Positions 15,184 to 28,694 of a stretch of DNA of 64,000 bases are shown here, one piece after another. The translations under genes and the position numbers were made by a program. This stretch comes from the human T2T-CHM13v2.0 reference genome, Homo sapiens, in NCBI RefSeq assembly GCF_009914755.1, contig NC_060930.1; one strand, written 5' to 3'. The notes under the pieces were generated by a model, which was given only the letters and a program-made list of their open reading frames with translations, ran no database searches and was not told the origin of the DNA. Numbering within the stretch: position 1 is the first letter of the stretch; each line of letters begins with the position of its first letter.

Positions 15184-15516
15184 GAAACCATCTGCATGCA
15201 AAAATTAATAAATCTAGGTACAGGTCTTTTATCTTTCACAAAAATTAACTCAAAATGAATTATTTACCTAAATGTGAAGTGCAAAACTGTAAATCTCCTA
15301 GAATATAATATAGAGGATAAACAAAAATCTAGTTGACCTTTGGTATAAAACGTTTTTTCCACACAGAAATCACCATATGAGTGTTTATTACAGCTTTATT
15401 CATAACTGCCAAAACTTGGAAGTAATCAAGATGTTCCTCAGTAGTGGAATGGATTTCTAAAAACTTGTGGTACATCCAGACAATAGAAGATTATTCAGTA
15501 TTAAAAAGATACGAGC

Positions 15517-15826
15517 AGCTGGGCGTGGTGGCTCACGCCTGTAATCCCAGCACTTTGGCACTTTGGGAGGCCAAGGAGGGCGGATCACCTGAGGTCAAGA
15601 GTTCGAGATCAGCCTGGCCAACATGATAAAACCCCATCTCTACTAAAAATACAAACATTAGCCGGGCGTTGTGGCAGGCACCTGTAATCCCAGCTACTCA
15701 GGAGGCTGAGGCAGGAGAATCACTTGAACCCAGGAGGCGGAGGTTGCAGTGAGCCGAGATTGTGCCATTGCACTTCAGCCTGGGGACAAGAGCGAGACTT
15801 CGTCTCAAAAAAAAAAAAAAAAAAAA
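15517..15826 (+). mobile_element. AluS (Sq/Sp-like)
   Basis: Dimeric Alu with A-tail. TSD aaaaagatacgagc / aaaaagatacgaac (15503-15516, 15822-15835). Internal 8-bp duplication gcactttg. Confidence 0.9.
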
Positions 15827-16734
15827 GATACGAACAATCAAGCCATGAAAAGACATGAGGGAAACTTGAATAAATATTACTAAGTGAAAGAAGCTGATCT
15901 GAAAAGATGACATACTGCATAATTCCAACTATATGACATTCTAGAAAAGGCAAAACTATAGAGATAATTTAAAAAGCAATGATTTCCAGCAGTTAGAGGG
16001 AAGGGGAAGATAAGTGAGTGGAGCACAGGATTTGGGGGCAGTGAAAGTATTCTGTATGATATTGTAATGATATATACATGTCATTATACATTTGTCAAAA
16101 CATGTAGAATGTACATCAAGCATGAAACTTAATATGAACTATGGACTTCAGATAATTAAGATTTGTCAATGTCAGTTCATCAGTTGTAAAAAAATGTACC
16201 ACTGTGATGTGAGATGTTGGTAGTAGGGGAAGCTTGCATATATGGGTACAGCGGGTATATAGAGAATCTGTGTACCTTCTAATCAATTACTCTGTGACCA
16301 TACAGCTGCTTTGAAAGTAAAGTCTGTCTTTAAAAATAAGATTTAAATTGGCTAACTCTTCACAGTAAAGAGAACAGGAAAGAAAAAAGCAGCAACACAA
16401 TTCTGAAAACTGAAAAATAGAGAGACAGTGGCTATTGATGTAGCTGACTAGAGAAAGTGGATTTCATTCAAGTAGCAGCAAGAACAAAAATAGAGTTTGG
16501 CAAACTCACAATATGATTAAAATAATTTACTTTTCACCAGAGGGTTTGGAAGATAAATTTGAGAACAACTACTCATGGGCAAAACTAAAACAAAAGAGAT
16601 AAGATAAAATACAAAATAATACTAGTCTATGAGGTAGAATACTTTAAAAGACAACTTCAAAGAAGAGAGGAAAAGGAACTGGGTCAATTTGTGAATAAAA
16701 TTTCAAAGACTAATATCCTAAATTGAAGGACATT

Positions 16735-18010
16735 TTCTTTTTATATTTTTTATTTTTATGGGTACATAATAGCTGTATATAGTTCTGGGGTACATGAGAT
16801 GTTTTGACATAAGCATGCAACGTGAAATAGGTACATCGTTAGAATGGGATATCCATCCCCCTTAAGCATTTATGTATTGAGGTTCAAGCAATTCAATTAC
16901 ACTCTTTAAGTTATGTTAAAATGTACAGTTATTATTGACTATACTCACCCTTTTGTGCTATCAAATGGTAGAACTTATTCATTCATCTATTTTTAACCTA
17001 TTAATAATCCTTCTCCCAGGCCCCATTACTCTTCCCAGCCTCTGATAACCATCCTTCTACTCTCTATATCCATGAGTTCAATTATTTTGATTTTTAGAAC
17101 CCATAAATAATTCATGTGTTAGAATTCTGAATTCCTTGTCTGTGTTATCTTGAATTTATTTGTGTTTCTTCAACCAGCTATTTTGAGTTCTCTGTCTGAA
17201 AGTTCACATATCTCTGTTTTTCCAGGATTGGTCCGTGGTGCCTTATTGAGTTCATTTGGTTAGGTCCTGTTTTCCTGGATGGTGTTGATACTTGTAGATG
17301 TTCTTTAGTATCTGTGCGTTGAAGAGTTAGGTATTTATTACAGTCTTCCCTTTCTGGGTTTATTTGTACCTGTCCTTTTTGGAAAGGCTTTTCAGATATT
17401 TGCAAAGACTTGGTATTGAGATCTAAGCTGTTTTTATTTAAGGGACACCCCAAGCCCAGTAATGCTGTGATTTTTGCAGACTCATAGAGGTCTTGCCTTG
17501 AGGGTCTTGGACATGATCTGAGAGAATTCTCTAGATTACCAGGCAGAAACTCTTGTTCTCTTCCCTTCCTTTTTCAAAATATATATAGTCTCTCTCTCTC
17601 ACTTTCTCTGTTCTGAGCCTCCTAAAGGTTGGGGTGGAGAGACACAAGCACCCCTGTGGCCACCATCACCACTACAATTGTGCCGGGTCAGACCTACAGT
17701 CAGTACAACACTAAGTTCCCACCAAGGCCTGCTGTAACCACTCCCTGGCTACTACTTATGTTTGCTCAAGGCCCTGTGGCTCTACAATCAACCAGTCTCA
17801 AAGCCAGTCAGGTCTGTGTCCTTCTCTTCAGGGTGGTGAGGTCCCCCAGGCCCCAGGTTCGTACTGAGGTACCATCCAGGAGTCAAAGCCTTGAGTAAAA
17901 AGTCAAAGAACTCTAACTGCTGTTCTATTTTCCTGTAGCTAAGCTGGCATTGAAACCACAAGCCACAGTCCTTCCCACACTTTCTTCCCCTTTCCAAAGG
18001 CAGAGGAGCT
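16735..18010 (-). mobile_element. Internally deleted L1MA2/3-like element (5'UTR/ORF1 start fused to 3'UTR)
   Basis: 16735-17110 is an antisense L1MA 3'UTR. 17112-18010 is the reverse-complement homologue of ~3205-4105 of the upstream L1. Confidence 0.85.
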
Positions 18011-18334
18011 ACTAGAGTTATTTTGGGTAAAAAAACTAATACATGGCCCATTACGTTATCGCCTATTGAACTGATGAAGACGTCATCCAAATAATCCAGC
18101 TACCACGGGTTTTTAATTAATGGAGTCTCACATCCTATATCTGCTTTTTAATTTTAGATCTCGTAGAAATTACTAAACTTATAAAGTCATTTCAAAATTC
18201 CAGACAGCCACTGCCCGGAATTTAAACCAGCACTTTACTTGTCAGGTGTCGTGCAGGTCATTGGAAATGAAAGAATACATCAGGAAAAAAAAATATATAT
18301 ATATATACCTTAAAAGATACAGTATTAAAATATA

Positions 18335-19024
18335 CAGTAGTCCACCCTTATCTGTAGGGGATGTGTTCCAAGACTCCCAGTTGATGTCTGAAACCGCAGA
18401 TAGTACTGAGTCCTATATATACTACATTTTTGCCTATATATACTACATTTTTGCCTATATATACACACATATGAATAATTTTCATTATAAATTAGGCACA
18501 GTAAGAGATTAAAAATAATAACATAGAATAATTATGACAATATGCTGTTCATAATTTCACACAGAAGGTTTGTTCTTACCTTAGATCTTAGAAACGTCAG
18601 CATATGTGGTTTTTTCTCTCCTTAAGTCAGAAACTTTCACCATTTTACTTAAAGGAAGCACTGTACAGCTTCTCTTTGGCACATCCGAATTGCCAGCATC
18701 ACTATTCTTTCACTTAAGACAATTATTAAGTAAAAGAGAGTGACTTGAACACAGGCACTTCATTCCCGAGACAGTCAATCTGATAACTAAGATGGCTACA
18801 GAGTAACTAGCAGGTGGGCAGGATATACAGAATAGCTCCTCCAGACAAGGGGATAATTCACATCCTGGTGGGATGAAGCAGGACAGCTAGAGATTTCATC
18901 ACACTACTCAAAACAGCATACAATTTAAAACTTGTTGTTTATTTCTGGAATTTCCCACTTTAACATTTTTGGTCAGAGAGTAACCAAAACTGCAGAAAGC
19001 AAAACCACAGATGGAGGACTACTG
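18335..19024 (-). mobile_element. MER44 (Tigger7-derived) DNA transposon
   Basis: TIRs cagtagtcc...ggactactg with TA target duplications at 18333-34 and 19025-26. MER44 internal text (gagatttcatcacactactca, atttctggaatttccca). Confidence 0.88.
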
Positions 19025-19548
19025 TAGAAACAACTGAACTTATCACTTACAGGAGCAATTTTAAATATTTATCACTAATTTCTACATCCATATATTAATC
19101 TTACAAAGTAATTTTTTAACCTAAAAAAAGATCTGTGAAAAGAATAATTTTAATGCAACATTTTATTGCAGACGCAGGCTTTAAATGTTCCAATGACAGA
19201 AAACAGGTGTCCAACAACTACTTTAGATTTAGTTACATATTTTACAGTAATCATGGATGATCTGGATAACCTAAACAAGAGAGAAAGCAAGATGTTGAAA
19301 GGTATGGAAATATTCTCTTTTAAAAAGTTGAAGAAATGGTTTGTGTTTGGCTTTAAGAGGAAGTAAGTCTAGGGAGACTCCTGAGTGATGTACTGAAATG
19401 GCTCACAAGTTCCCATGAAAATAAATGAAGAGACAGAATGTACATTATCTGGAAAGTTGAACTTAGTCAAATGGTGACAGAAGCAGAATTTGTGTAGTTT
19501 TACAATTCTGCAAAATTTTTTCACATAATAGACAAGAAAAGTCAAAAG

Positions 19549-19763
19549 CAGTGGTTCTCAGCCAAGGTTGATTTTGTGTCCCATGTAACACTGTTAAGTC
19601 TGGAGACATGTTCTCACAATTCTGGATGGGAGAAGAGAGCATTACTGGCACCTAGCATGTAGATGCTCCAGATGCTAGTAAATATCCAACAACGTATACA
19701 GCCAACAGCCCAAAACAATTATCCAGCCCCAAAAGACCGCAGCACCACGATTGAAAAACTTCT
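19549..19763 (+). mobile_element. MER20 (hAT-Charlie) MITE
   Basis: cagtggttctca...gtctggagacat...actggcacctag...aattatccagcccc...ttgaaaaac follows the MER20 layout. Confidence 0.85.
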
Positions 19764-20039
19764 TGTAAATTATGGAAATGTACTGAAGGAGACCAGATGC
19801 CCAACAGGTTCTGAGGTTTTTTCAGTCTCATTAATCTAGCAGAAACTTAGCAGCTCCTTCAGTATCATTACAGGATTCTTCTCTGTGTCCTTGTATTCAA
19901 GAAATTTACACTCTACACCCTTAAGTACAGATAATTGTATGAAAAAGATAAATAGCAGCATAAAATAAAAAAAGAATAAAAGTTTAAAATAGAAAGGTGC
20001 CCTAAGACTTCAAAGAAAAAGATGGAATGTAAACATATG

Positions 20040-20260
20040 AATTAAGTGTACTCATTCTGGGTGCTCTGTGAATTCCAATCCCAATTTTAACAGTTTCTAG
20101 TTATGAAGCTAAAGGTCAAATCCTTGCCTTCCAGAAACCTCCACACCCTCATCTGTAAAATGGAAACCTTTTAGGTTAGATGTGAGAATTCAGTAAATTA
20201 TTATTTTGAAAATGCTTGTAAAAATGCCTGGCACATCATGTCAGAAGTAAATATTGCTAT
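20040..20260 (+). mobile_element. MIR SINE
   Basis: MIR core ctcatctgtaaaatgg and tail aatgcctggcacat. Confidence 0.7.
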
Positions 20261-20280
20261 GATGATACCAATATCATATG

Positions 20281-20324
20281 ATATGGATATGGATATAGAT
20301 ATGGATATGGATATGGATATGGAT
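20281..20324. repeat. (ATATGG)n microsatellite
   Basis: About 7 tandem copies visible. Confidence 0.9.
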
Positions 20325-22896
20325 ACCAAGCATCCAGACATATTTTTATGGAGAAGATGAGATTTGATCTGGAATTACAGAGGAAGACTTTAGATAGGTG
20401 AAAAAGAAAAAGAAATGGCATTTTATGTAAGGAGAGCATCATGCTATGCTGAATGAAATGAACAGGCTTCCCCTCCCCTGTCTCTTTTAAAGTGCATTCC
20501 TGGCAGCTTCTCCCTCTTTCCGTTCTCCCCAGAACCTCCTCGGTAGTCATTTCCAATCTGAACCAAGGTGCTACATAAGGTGGCTTCATTAAATAGGATA
20601 GGACTAAAATAAGACAAAAACTATCTTTCTATACTCTCAAATATTTTTTCTGCATTTCACAGGTCAATTTACTTATTTAAAAAAACTGTTTTTTCATGTT
20701 TTTCATCAATTTTTTAAATTGACTCACATGTCAATTATACATTTCACAAGCATTAAGGAAGAAGAACTAAGCTATATAAAAGGCATCCTATTTTCCATAT
20801 GCATTAAACGTCTATAACAGAAACAAAAAATTGGTGCATGGTTTCCAATGTTATGGTAAGCTGCATGACGTCCCTGGTGTGGGTTTCAATCTATTTTGGA
20901 AGGGGAATAAGTCATACGTTAAACTGAAATCCAAAATAAAGCTGTGTCTCATTCAAACATCACATAAACATCATAATACATTTTCATCTGGGAAAAAGAA
21001 AAAATTTCTAAACATATCCTAAATTGAGGCAGCATCATAAATAACAAAATGAAGCCACTGCATTCACCTACATGCAGGTAATTTTTAAAATAATCTAGTC
21101 ACAATAACATGTATTGTTTTCCTAGAAAATAAATAAGACTGGAGAACATAAGCAATTTCCTCCAAGGTCATTCAGCATATTTTTAAGGGTAGAATCAGAA
21201 ATGCAATAAGCTTACAACAAGATTTTTAAACTTGTTGGTTCTAGAAAGCATAAAGATTGCTTTTGGGGTCAGAGACTATAGCCCCTGGTGTAAAACGATA
21301 ACATAGGTAAATCAATGCCTGTCACAGGCCATACTCTATTTTTTGGAATTAATGCTTCCAAAAATTCACAATCTCTAGAGCATATTGCTTTGTTTCTTCT
21401 GTATAGTTTCTGTCTACCTATTATCTACATGAGTGAAAATTGTAAAATCTTTCAAATGCCATTAATACCTGACTTTAACATTCTCAAAACAACTTTAAAC
21501 ATTCTCAAAAATATATTTGACAAAAAGTTTGTAATCTAAACAACAACATCACTGGAGTGAACATAAAGCAAATAAATATGGTACAAATGGAGGGTTTTAG
21601 GAGATAAATAACTTGGAATGGTGATTTAAGAAAGCCTATGAAGGAGAGCATTATGCTATACCTGTATGTATGTATGCATCTTTTATGTTTTAATTTTGTG
21701 GGAAACTGCCAACATTTCCTCTTTTAGCTCTACAGAATAGTTGAATCACCAGTGTCTTTCTACTTTAAATGGTCTCAGGATATTTTGAGAGAACACTTTA
21801 AATTCATCTTACTGCTCTGCCAACATAGCTAGAGTTGAGAAATAGAGTAGAAAATGCATATAAATTAGGTTATTTTGCAAATTGGTAACATCTTCAATAT
21901 TATCTTCCCCTTCTTAATGGATTTAAATTAGAAACACTAATGACTATATTAGCATATTTTGTGCTCAGTGGGAGACGCCAATGGAAGGGTTCTTTGGGTA
22001 CATTTGGAGAGAGATAAACAGTTGAGTATCATTAACACCAAAATCAAAATAATGTTTCACTAAAAATATAAAGTTTTAAAGAATTATCATGTGCATCTCA
22101 GAGCATTCAAAATAAATTTACAGAGCAGTTTTAAACCATACTGAGAGGAAGAACTTATTAAAAATACAGTTTTCTTTATTCAAACTTAAACCTTAAAAAA
22201 ATTCTAATCCTTTGTGAATCATGCTCAAATGAGCTCTGCTCTGTCCTTTGTTATAAAAATATAATCCTAGACACAACAAGACTATGGCACCAGGTCCTTA
22301 ATATTATTGTAGTTGAAATAATTTGCTTATATTTATTCCTTTGTTTTATTTTACAGTCATTTTTTATTTAAAATTAAAATATGAACTGGTGGAGTGAAGG
22401 CATATTTGACTACTCAAACAGATTTATTCTAAATTGGAAGTTCATGGCATGCACAAGTAGGAGAATTTTGCACAACATAAATGCAGCAAACACAGCTTAA
22501 GGGCATGGGAGCTGGGAATAGAAAAACTAGAAACCGAAGCTTTTCTTTGTTTCTCGGTGACCATGTCATCTGAATCTCTGTTTCTTTTGAAAGGCCTATT
22601 GCTCATTCCTTCCTTCCTTCTCTCCTTCTTGCTTCCTTTCTTTCTCTCTCCTGCAGACTAGTTTCCTCTGCCTGAACACTATGAACACTATAGTCCTAAG
22701 GCATTCAGGCATGTAACTAGAATGACTTGATCAGTTCAGCTCAAGGCAAACTACTCCAGAGTTCTAGTATACCACAGGTTTCTAATGCCCAGGACAGAAA
22801 GCACTGATCCAGGTCAGCACTTTGTTTTCCTTGCTGCTGTGTGCCTAAACTTGGCCCACACTGTGATCACAAATAGTGTCATGGAGTGAAATCCTT

Positions 22897-23640
22897 TGTT
22901 CATCCAACAAATATGTATATTTACTAATTGATAAACACTATGCCTATGGCAGAAAATAAGGGCACAGTCTTTGATCTCATAAAGTACACAATTTCGTGGA
23001 ACAAAGAATATGTTTCAAATAATCACATCAATTAAGGTATAATTTCCTAACTGAGAAAAACTCAGAAGGAAAGGAAGATATTTTTGTGGAAGGTCAGGGA
23101 AAGTTTTTCTGAGGAAGTGAGGTTAGAGACGTGATTGGAAGGATTAATCAAAGTTTGTCAATTTAAGGAAGAAGGAGAAGTTGAGAACATCATTCCTGGG
23201 AAATAAACAATACATACAATGACTCTGTGGTAGACTGTATACCCAACATATTATGAGAAGGCCTCAGTAGCTGATGAAGAGAGAGCAAGAATATGACTAT
23301 GTTCAGTAGAATATGACCGAGGAGGCAGGTAGGCAGGAACCAATTCACTTTGTCTTACTAGAAAAGATAAGACTTTGTTCTGTAGCCTTAGAACAATGGG
23401 AGTCTTAGAAGAGTTTTGAACAAGTGGGTAAGTTGATGTGACTTGTTTGAAGGACGCTTCTGATAGCAGTGGGGAAAGAAGAAAAGATTGTATGAGGTCA
23501 AGAGTGGATGTAAGACCAGTTACAATTTAATAGTGTAAGTTAGAGATGATAGAAGTTTAGTGTAGACATAGTAGTAGGAGTGAAAAAAGTGTTAAGGATT
23601 GAGAGATATTTAAGAGTAAAGTTGATGTGACAAGATTATG
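22897..23640 (-). mobile_element. L2 LINE fragment
   Basis: ttcatccaacaaatat terminus and ggtcagggaaagtttttctgaggaagtga, typical of antisense L2. Confidence 0.7.
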
Positions 23641-23746
23641 TTTCACCTGAGAACTGGGACACCATGCTAGAGGAAGGGACATGGACACAGCGTATAAACT
23701 CAGTGAACATTTGCAGTACCTAAATAGCTAAGATTAAAGATGATCA

Positions 23747-24224
23747 TTATAGGGGTTGAGTTTTGTCTCCCAAAAAAGATACATCGATGTTCTGGCCCTC
23801 AATGCTTCAGAATTTGGCTGCATTTTGAAATAAAGTCTTTACAGAGATTATCAAGTTAAAATGAGGTCACTAGAATGGATCCTAATCCAGTATGACTAGT
23901 GCCCTTATAAAAAGGAGGAATTTGGACATAGAGACAAACATGCACATAGGGACGATGATGTAAAGACACACAGGAAGAAGACAGCTGTGTGACTGAAGTG
24001 ACTCACTTACAAGCCAAAGAATGCTAAAATTTGGCAACCCACCACCAGAACCTAGAAAAGGACAATGAAAAAGTATTACCCTACAGGTTTCAGAGGGAGC
24101 ACAGTCTTGCAGACACATTGATTTTAGACTTCCATTGTCCAGAACTGTGAGACAATAAATTTCTGTTGTTCTAAGCTACCCAGTGTGTGGCACTTAGTTA
24201 TGGCAGCTTTGGGACCCTAATGCA
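23747..24224 (+). mobile_element. MLT1C-like MaLR solo LTR
   Basis: caagttaaaatgaggtca...cctaatccagtatgactagtgcccttataaaaagg...ccagaactgtgagacaataaatttctgttgtt. Confidence 0.85.
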
Positions 24225-24547
24225 GCTCATAACTTGGAAGGGATTTATCTGATTCTCCTGAGGTTTCAGCTTATAACTTTGATGTTTTTGTTAGTATATT
24301 GCAAACATTTGAGGCAATATGACACATTAGATTTTACACTGGAGAAGCTATAGATTTTATACCTTATGCAGGTCTTTGATTTTACACATCTTATTATAGT
24401 TTCAGTTAAGATATCATGCATGAAAGGTCTAATTCTCTTATATCTGCCCTCATTTTTAGTAAATGTGCTAATTTAAAATCAAACTAAAAAGACATATAAA
24501 AGATTTTTAGGCCAAATAGTATATGCTGGACTTTTAGTTAAAGCTGA

Positions 24548-25218
24548 TTGGTTGGTAAAATTCTAAGACGGTTCCTAAAATCTCCACCACACTGTATGCA
24601 CACCTGAATAATCCCCTCTTCTTGTTAGGACTCATGACTATGATGGGATTTCACTCCTGTGCTGAGGTTACATTATATGGCAAAGGTAAAGAGATTTTGC
24701 ATATGTAATTATAGTTCATAATCAGTTAATTTAAGTTCATCAAAAGAGAGATTGTCATGGGTCAGACCTAATCATGTAAGCTCTATAAAATAGGGTCCAG
24801 GCCTTCCCTAGAGTTTGAGATTTGAACCTGGAGTCTCCTGCTGGCCTTGAAGAAGCAGTCATGCTGTGAACTGCTTATAGTGGAAGCCAATTTGCAAGGA
24901 TCTGAGGATGACCTTTAAAAGCTGAAAGCAGTACTCAGCTGACAATGAACAAGAAAATAGGGACTACGATCCTAAAGCCTCCAAAAAACTGAATCTGCCA
25001 TCAACCAAATGGGCTTGGAAAGAGATTTTTTTTCTATTAAGCCTCTAGGGAAGAGCCCAGCCTATCTAACATAATGATGGCAGCCATCTGAAATACTTAA
25101 TCAAGAACCCAATTGAAAAATACCTAAATTTCTGTCCTGCAGAATCTGAGACAATAATCAAGTGTTTTAAGCCACTAAAACACGGCAATTTAATATGCAT
25201 CCATAGAAAACTAAAACA
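24548..25218 (+). mobile_element. MLT1E-like MaLR solo LTR
   Basis: aattctaaga...gaggttacattatatggcaaagg...ctcctgctggccttgaagaagc...tgttttaagccactaa...gaaaactaaaaca. Confidence 0.8.
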
Positions 25219-26741
25219 ATTTTTACAATATGTTATATTTTTATCTTTTTGAATTTTCTAAATAAACTTACTTTGTCATCTTTATAAAACTGTTCTATTA
25301 TTTTAATTTCATCTTGAAAAAGTTTATCATAAAACTCTTGATTTTATGGGTAGTTCTTCATAGCATTTATATTCATCACTAGTTTTGAAAATTTAAGATG
25401 TAGATTTCTTTTGATTCTCTCTCTCCCTATCTCTCTTTTCATCTCTATCTCTATTTCTTTTCTACACTCCAACTAGCAAACTATTTTGTTCTTTTCTTCA
25501 GCCAAACTACTGGACATCAGTCCAAATCCAAGACATATATGTGTACTTACAAGCTTTTGGAACAATAACAATAGCAACAACAAGAATAAATTGCCAAATC
25601 AAATCTGAGACAGGAGGGAAACATTTCATCTCTGGTGACTATTCTGTGTACTCTTCCTTTCTTAGATCCGCAGCTTTACAGATTTCAAATCCTCAGGCAG
25701 TATTTAGATCTATCCCAACACATGATTTTTGTAGCAGTGGGATCAGCTCCAGTACTTCACCTTCTGTGGGGCAAATTTTCATCCCTTGACAAATTCTCAG
25801 ATTGCTTCTGACTGCTTCCCAACAGTCCATAAGCCTGAAGACACATCTCTCTCACTACTTTACATTCTTTCCCTACATGGCAAGCTCACTTCTGTGATTG
25901 AAGCAGAGGGGATGAATCAAAGTGTGAATACTTCATCCTGTTTAAACTGAAGGTCTACAAATGAATTTTAAGCTACTATTTTTCAGTTAATTCTTCATGC
26001 TCCTCTTGGGAAAGAAAATATAAAATAGGTAAAGAGGAGTGAAGGGGGGAAAACAGAGAAGAGAATTTAGTGTGAGAGAGATTTACTCAAAATGAACCCC
26101 CAAACCAAGTTTGCAATTATTAACTAAAAGATTTATGCTTGAATGGAATGAGGGAGAGAGAACTTATTTTTATGTTTTCTAACATCTCCAGGGAAGGAGT
26201 GGGACACAAATTAATCATTTGTTAGACACTGTCACCATGCTTTATCTCATACTTAACTATTTAGGAAAACAAAGTGTTAAAAGGTCACAGCATTTTAATG
26301 TTCTGTTATCTTGGAAAATTAACTTTAAGAGATAGAAAGACAGAGGGGTGTGTGTGTCTTATAATATGTTACAACTTTCAAGTTGTTTTTATTTCGACAA
26401 CTCATCCATAAATAATCTTCATAAATCATATTCTAGATTATGATTATATCAAACTTTTTAGATGTTATCACCAATTGCAAACAGCTCACCTTTTGCTGCA
26501 TATCAACAAATGGCACTCAATATTTTAACTTCCTACTTACAAGTGGCCCATAAAGATTGTAGTGAGAACAGCATGAACATTTTCAAATGGGGTCATGGCC
26601 CAATTCCACTTTCCTTTCGCATACCACTTTATTATTTTTTATGCTATTGCTATTTTTTACCTGCATTTGTGTTATATAAATTGACTTAACCAAAATACTA
26701 GGACTTCATTTTATTTTCCTGAAAAAAATACCTAATATATT

Positions 26742-26945
26742 AAAAGATGCTTAACATCATATATTATTAAGAATTTGAAAATTAAAATAACAATGAGATA
26801 CCACTACATGCCCATTAGAATGGCCAAAACACTGACACCACCAAATGCTGGCAAAGATGTGAAGCAACAGGAGCTCTCATTCATTGCTGGTGGAAATACA
26901 AAATGGTACAGCAACTTTCAAAGGCAGTTTAACAATTTTTTATAG
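26742..26945 (+). mobile_element. Old L1 ORF2 C-terminal fragment
   Basis: aatgagataccactac...ccaaatgctggcaaagatgtgaagcaacaggagctctcattcattgctggtgg. Confidence 0.75.
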
Positions 26946-28694
26946 TCAAAGAAACAAAATATGTTTTATGACTCAATCTGTAATTTGAAATCAGCTCCAT
27001 GTGGGAATAAATTTATTTATAAAGTCTCAAGTACCCTTTCTGAACCATATTCATATTTTTAATTAACTATCTTCCTCATTTCCTGAGACACACATCCTGA
27101 GGGTTGTAGGAATGATTTTTCCAGGGACCACCAAGTATACACCAACTCATCTTTGGAGTCTAATTCTTAAGGGTAACTATAATAGAACTTCTGGAGTCTG
27201 CACAAGCTTCAGAGTATAAAGTCAAGTCTTTGGTTAATTTTTATTTCTTTGTTTCAAAAAATAGGTTAAAGACAATTATCTTTTATTCTTTATTTCCTTA
27301 TGAATATAAAGCAAAAATCCAGTTATAGTCTATTTTTCTGCTTTGAATGTGTCCATTGTTTTAATAATGCATGCATTCTTTCTTACAGAGACTACACCAT
27401 ATAATTGTGACAAAGAATGAACAAAATGGAAATGGTTCCTTCTTTTTAAAATAGGCCCTTTGAGCTGGAAGACTAGAATTTATCTCTCCCTCATAAGCTC
27501 TCTCTCTGTCATTCTCTCTGTCTCTGTCATTCTCTCTCTCTCTCTCCATGAAGCATCTTCATATATCTATCTTGTGTTACTTTATATAGTGTCTGGATAT
27601 TAAGTATGAGAATTTTAAAAGAACACAGCATGTCCCAATATGTGTGTTTTTATTTGGTGTGTTTGGATCATACTTATATCTCATGGCAAGTCCAGAATCA
27701 ATGTGGAAGGGGACTATGCAAAGTGGTGAACACCAACAGGCATGGTCTCCAAAAAGAGTTCAGTTCAGGCGCTTTAAAAAGAAAACAACATCTGAAGTTC
27801 TTGGAAGATCTTTACACTGACATGAAATCGTCCATAAAACTAATAAACAGTAGAAATTAATCTTTTCAATATTTAAGCAAAACATTCATTCAAGATGAAA
27901 TCCCATATTTCAGTTGTTTGTCATTGTTCTTTATCTGGGTGTAGCGATCTCCATACATTTAAATCTTTATCCCCTCTACATTTTTAATGTAAGGTTTAGT
28001 ATAATGTTTTCTTATTTTAGATAATGTAAATTTTAAATATGTGGCAAACGATTTTCATATTATAAATAATAATGATGCAGCAAGCTAATGTATGTTGAAA
28101 AATGGAAAAGTATAACTGTGTCTACCTCTGTTTCCTCCCAAAGAAAATATAATAAATATGTTTCTATCTTAATTTTCCATATGCTTGTAGTACAACTTAC
28201 TGGGTTTTAATTTCTTCTGAACCTTCATAAAATAAAACCTCCCATGCCATTGAAACACACACAGTTTTATGCCAACAACTTAGAAGCTCCTTTAGGTAGA
28301 GAAATTATCTGAGTATCAAAACTGCTGTGCACAAATAGCACATCATTTTAAATTAACGCCACAACTAGCTGCAAGATACAAATTTTAAAAAGATATTACA
28401 AGTTTGAGACACATTTTAAGTGAAGCATGATAGCGGTGCTAAGAAGCAATGCAATTTCATATTTGAATCAAATAACACTTCTATAGCACATTGATGGAAA
28501 GAAAAATTCCTACATAAGTTCACGGAGTAAAATAGTTTCAAAAGTTTTTAAGATGTGACCTACCTTCTTTGTCATAATTGCAAAAGTTTTATGCCAGAAA
28601 ACAGAAATTTATCTTTTGTTTCAAATAAATTATTTTCTTCCTGTAAGCCTATGTTTAAAAATCAAAGTTTTAAATGATTAAAAACTCACTTTCT

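Larger units (their letters stand above)
11905..16335 (+). mobile_element. L1MC1-like LINE (ORF2 RT region to 3'UTR), interrupted by THE1 and Alu
   Basis: ORF2-like fragments (12181-12396). L1 sequence resumes at ~15184 after THE1. L1MC-type 3'UTR (atcaagccatgaaaagacatg...aagtaaagtctgtctttaaaaa). Confidence 0.85.

Noticed and set aside
13318-15239. Several 70-130-aa ORFs within THE1
   Set aside because: Antisense LTR translations or fragments of the decayed MaLR internal ORF. None is intact.
18412-18462. 21-bp tandem duplication in MER44 (cctatatatactacatttttg), and tgtgaaaccaac repeated near 56543-56570
   Set aside because: Ordinary local slippage duplications with no further structure.
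20257-20589. 110-aa minus-strand ORF with a PYPYPY repeat
   Set aside because: The repeat is just the (ATATGG)n microsatellite, and the rest overlaps L2-like remnants.
20429-21659. Near-identical 19-mer aaggagagcat(c/t)atgctat at 20429 and 21641
   Set aside because: Similarity does not extend into the flanks, and one such match is plausible by chance in 64 kb.
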